From positions 1-39,591 of the forward strand of contig CAZZAZ010000001.1 of the NCBI GenBank assembly GCA_964652355.1: 39,591 nt of DNA, written 5' to 3'. How positions within the stretch are numbered: position 1 is the stretch's first letter; each line of letters opens with the position of its first letter. Origin of the DNA: an uncultured Sulfurimonas sp. (lineage in GTDB: Bacteria > Campylobacterota > Campylobacteria > Campylobacterales > Sulfurimonadaceae). The translations under genes and the position numbers were made by a program. Positions 36,584 to 39,591 of the stretch are shown here, one piece after another. The notes under the pieces are model-generated. The model saw only the letters and a program-made list of their open reading frames with translations, made no database searches and was not told where the DNA came from.

Positions 36584-36970
36584 ATGCCAAAGATTAACAA
36601 ATACGAAAATATAGACAATGTAGAGCGTGAAGCTAAAAAAGACTTAATTGACCGTCATTCACCATTCATCACAGTTGTAGGTGTTGCTAAAGCTGGTGAA
36701 ATGCTAGCAGTTAACGTTAAAATGGGTAACGAATATACTCACCCAGATGATTTTGATCACTTTATTGAGTCTATTACTCTTTTTAATGGTGATACTAAAC
36801 TAGCATCTGCTTCTTTTGTTCCAGGAACTTTAGGAAATGAAAAATCTCATTGTGAAGTAACTTTTAACATCCGTCCAACAGGTAAAAAACTAAACCTTAC
36901 GGCACATGGTTACTGCACTAAACACGGTATCTGGGAATCAACTGCTGTTATTGTAGAAGTAGCAGAGTAG
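36584..36970 (+). CDS. Superoxide reductase (1Fe-SOR/neelaredoxin, class II)
   Basis: RHSP, HPDDFDHFI and YCTKHGIW provide the 4 His + 1 Cys iron ligands. Confidence 0.9.
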   Translation: MPKINKYENIDNVEREAKKDLIDRHSPFITVVGVAKAGEMLAVNVKMGNEYTHPDDFDHFIESITLFNGDTKLASASFVPGTLGNEKSHCEVTFNIRPTGKKLNLTAHGYCTKHGIWESTAVIVEVAE

Positions 36971-36979
36971 TTAAAACGT

Positions 36980-38368
36980 TTAAGCCATCATAGATGGCTT
37001 AGATATATAATAACCTTGAGAGTAGTCAATCCCTAGTTCTTTTACCTTAGACATTATACTTTTAGAGTGAACATATTCTGCAACTGTTCTGATACCCAAT
37101 TTTCTCGCAAACTCTACAATCGTTTCAACAACTACAAGTGAATTTTTATCTACATCCATATCTTTTACAAGTGAACCATCTATTTTTATATAATCTGCAT
37201 CTATTTTAGTAAGGTACGAAAAGTTTGAATATCCTGAACCAAAATCATCTATTGCAATTTTAGCACCATATCGTCTAACTTCATTTATAAAGCGACCAAC
37301 TTTATCAAAATCTTCTATTGCATCTGATTCTAGTATCTCAAATGTCACTTTATTTGAAACTCTGGATGTTTTTAACTTCTCCATTATAAACTCATGCATC
37401 TCTTTATTTATAATATCTTCTATTGAAAGGTTTATAGTAAACTCAAAATCTATACTCTCGAATGTAGCAAATGATTTGTTTATTATCGTTTTTGTAACTA
37501 TATTATAATACTTAATCTTTTTTGCAATTGGTATAAAAATAAGTGGTGAAAGAATTTTACCATCACTATCTATTAGTCTAGCCAAGCATTCATACTTAGC
37601 CACTTTATTTGTTTGTGTATCAACTATAGCTTGATAGTAAGGTATAACTCGATACTGTCCAACAGCTTCTCTTACAACTTCACTAAGCTGTATATGTCGC
37701 TCATAGTTGTTTTCAAAGTTCATTTTATCTTCATAGATCCAAAAAGGAGCATTTATATCTTTTGCATGTTTTAATGCCATGGATACTTTAGAAAATATAT
37801 TGTCATTATTTTTATTTGCAGATGAAGCCAAAGTAAAATCTATAAATATATTTACATCTTGATACTTGATAAGTGTATCTTTAAACTCATCATAAAGCTT
37901 ATTTAGATGTTCTTTTAGCTCATAAAAAAACATTTTTTTATCTATAACAAAAGCAAACTCATCACCTGACAGTCTATATACTTTATGGTCGGGTAATCTT
38001 TTTCTAAGTAATTCACCTAACTCTTCAATAACAAAATCACCAACTAAAAATCCATAAAAATTGTTTATAGTTGCAAAGTTATCTATATTAAAAATAATTA
38101 GAGAAAAATCTTCTTTTTCATCTAAATCTTTTCTAAGTTGGTAAACATTAGGGAGGCTAGTTAAGTGGTCTATAAAATATCTGTTAAAAAGGTTATTTCT
38201 ACTTTTTAGTTTTATCTCTTTACACAAAATACTAAGAGTTTCTTCACAAATATCATAAATTTCTACATTATCTTCAATTTGTTTTATTTGATTTATCAAG
38301 TTACTAGTATCGTTAGAGGAAGCTACTATAAAACTATTATTTTGTGCTAATCTATCATCTAAACTCAA
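36980..38368 (-). CDS. Cytoplasmic GGDEF-EAL protein
   Basis: TTG start with AGGGG RBS; DHLTSLPN, SGDEF, YECLAR and DDFGSGYS. Confidence 0.9.
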   Translation of the reverse strand: MSLDDRLAQNNSFIVASSNDTSNLINQIKQIEDNVEIYDICEETLSILCKEIKLKSRNNLFNRYFIDHLTSLPNVYQLRKDLDEKEDFSLIIFNIDNFATINNFYGFLVGDFVIEELGELLRKRLPDHKVYRLSGDEFAFVIDKKMFFYELKEHLNKLYDEFKDTLIKYQDVNIFIDFTLASSANKNNDNIFSKVSMALKHAKDINAPFWIYEDKMNFENNYERHIQLSEVVREAVGQYRVIPYYQAIVDTQTNKVAKYECLARLIDSDGKILSPLIFIPIAKKIKYYNIVTKTIINKSFATFESIDFEFTINLSIEDIINKEMHEFIMEKLKTSRVSNKVTFEILESDAIEDFDKVGRFINEVRRYGAKIAIDDFGSGYSNFSYLTKIDADYIKIDGSLVKDMDVDKNSLVVVETIVEFARKLGIRTVAEYVHSKSIMSKVKELGIDYSQGYYISKPSMMA

Positions 38369-38452
38369 ACTGTCCCCTAAAAATACTTAATTATACTTTT
38401 AAAAGCAATAACAGTTCCATTCCTTGTTTAAATTGTCTTTTTTTTGGTAACT

Positions 38453-39591
38453 TTAACAATCTTTATCTAAGTTCTCTAAAGGCTTATCTATATAAAACCC
38501 TTGAGAGAAGTCAATACCCATCTCTTTTACTTTATCTAAAACTGTACTTGAGTGTACATATTCTGCTATTGTTTTTATATTTAATTTATTCGCAAAATCA
38601 ACAATTGTATCAACAACTAAACGAGAATTTTCATCAGTATCTATCTCTTGTATTAAAGAACCATCAATTTTTAAGAAATCAACATTCATTTTAATCAAAT
38701 AAGAAAAGTTAGAATACCCATCTCCAAAGTCATCAATAGCTATTCTAGCACCATATCTTTTAACTTCATTTGTAAATCTTTCAATCTTTTTAAAATCCTG
38801 AATAGCTTCTGATTCTACTATTTCAAAAATAACTCTAGAAGATGAACGAGAATGCTTTAACTTTAGTAAAATAAAATCAAAAATATCACTATTCATAATA
38901 TCTTCTATTGATAAGTTTATACTAAACTCATACTCATTACCTTCAAATGCATCAAAAGATTTATTGATAATAATCTTAGTTACATGGTTATAAACTTTAA
39001 TTTTCTTAGCAACAGGTATAAAAAGAACTGGTGAAATAACATTTCCTTTACCATCCATAAGACGTGCTAGACACTCATATTTTTGAATTTTCCCTGTTTT
39101 ATTATCTACTATTGGTTGAAAATATGGGACTATTCTAGAGTTTATTACAGCTTCTCTAACTACTTTTGAAATTTTAATATTTTGTTCGTATTCATTTTCA
39201 AAACCCATTCTATCTTCATAAATCCAAAAAGCAAGACCATTGTTTTTTGCATAACTTAGAGCCATTGAAACTTTTGAAAAAATATCATTATTATTTGCAT
39301 TTGCACAAGATGCGATAGTTAAAGAGACTACTATCTCATTTTCTCTATACATAACAATGATGTTTTTTATACTGTCATAAAGTTCTATAAGGTAGTCTTT
39401 TAACTCATAAAAATCTTTTGTTTCATCTAAAACAATAGTGAAATCTGTACCAGATACTCTATATAGTTTTTGATCTATTTTAGTTGATAAGTACTTTACA
39501 ACTTGTTCTATTACATAATCACCTATCAAATATCCATAAAAATTATTTATAGTTGTAAAATTATCAATAGATATTGTAACAATTCCAGCCC
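38453..39591 (-). CDS. GGDEF-EAL protein, 5' end outside the window
   Basis: Frame stays open upstream of the track's start (AGIVTISIDNFTTINNFYGYLIGD...); SGTDF, YECLAR and DDFGDGYS. Confidence 0.9.
   Translation of the reverse strand, partial: AGIVTISIDNFTTINNFYGYLIGDYVIEQVVKYLSTKIDQKLYRVSGTDFTIVLDETKDFYELKDYLIELYDSIKNIIVMYRENEIVVSLTIASCANANNNDIFSKVSMALSYAKNNGLAFWIYEDRMGFENEYEQNIKISKVVREAVINSRIVPYFQPIVDNKTGKIQKYECLARLMDGKGNVISPVLFIPVAKKIKVYNHVTKIIINKSFDAFEGNEYEFSINLSIEDIMNSDIFDFILLKLKHSRSSSRVIFEIVESEAIQDFKKIERFTNEVKRYGARIAIDDFGDGYSNFSYLIKMNVDFLKIDGSLIQEIDTDENSRLVVDTIVDFANKLNIKTIAEYVHSSTVLDKVKEMGIDFSQGFYIDKPLENLDKDC

Noticed and set aside
236-38694. Short or antisense ORFs in the track (e.g. 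236-421, 3750-3935, 5249-5539, 13806-14249, 17641-17874, 19609-19920, 25375-25599, 33608-33889, 38344-38694)
   Set aside because: They lie within or opposite well-supported genes and show no recognisable motifs; treated as shadow ORFs.
39527-39529. TTG start given by the track for the last ORF
   Set aside because: The frame is open to the window edge and continues GGDEF-domain sequence, so the true start lies outside the window.

Overview
AT-rich chromosomal window from a Campylobacterota bacterium; gene content and order are Sulfurimonas-like (inference). 1-23.2 kb is mostly housekeeping: a minus-strand run (motA/pomA, motB/pomB, fliP, trmA, recQ, COG3400, aroB, mscS, mtaB, FtsH-like ATPase, hemerythrin, bioV, metallophosphoesterase, mogA) diverging from glmU-coaBC-uppS-prepilin peptidase-lptF-truA. 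A two-gene insert (Cys-rich secreted protein plus FlgO-domain protein) behind a sigma28-type promoter sits between glmU and coaBC. 23.1-30.8 kb is an accessory hotspot beginning at the truA 3' end. It holds a 95-bp duplication of the truA tail flanking a PAS+MCP cassette, stubs of a PAP2 gene and a probable LTA-synthase gene around an intact dgkA, an internally deleted IS3-like relic, and three toxin-antitoxin pairs (Phd-like/MazF, MntA/HepT, HicA/HicB). It also holds Rhs/YD-repeat fragments ending at a tandem palindromic repeat, an AlkC-like glycosylase, and an atypical IscU-like plus tandem ferritin-like pair. 30.8 kb to the end carries ElyC/DUF218, an orphan, three GGDEF-EAL genes (one with a CxxCH haem sensor), glyS and superoxide reductase. 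No rRNA, tRNA, CRISPR array, integrase or intact transposase was seen. All family calls are by eye from motifs; no searches were run.
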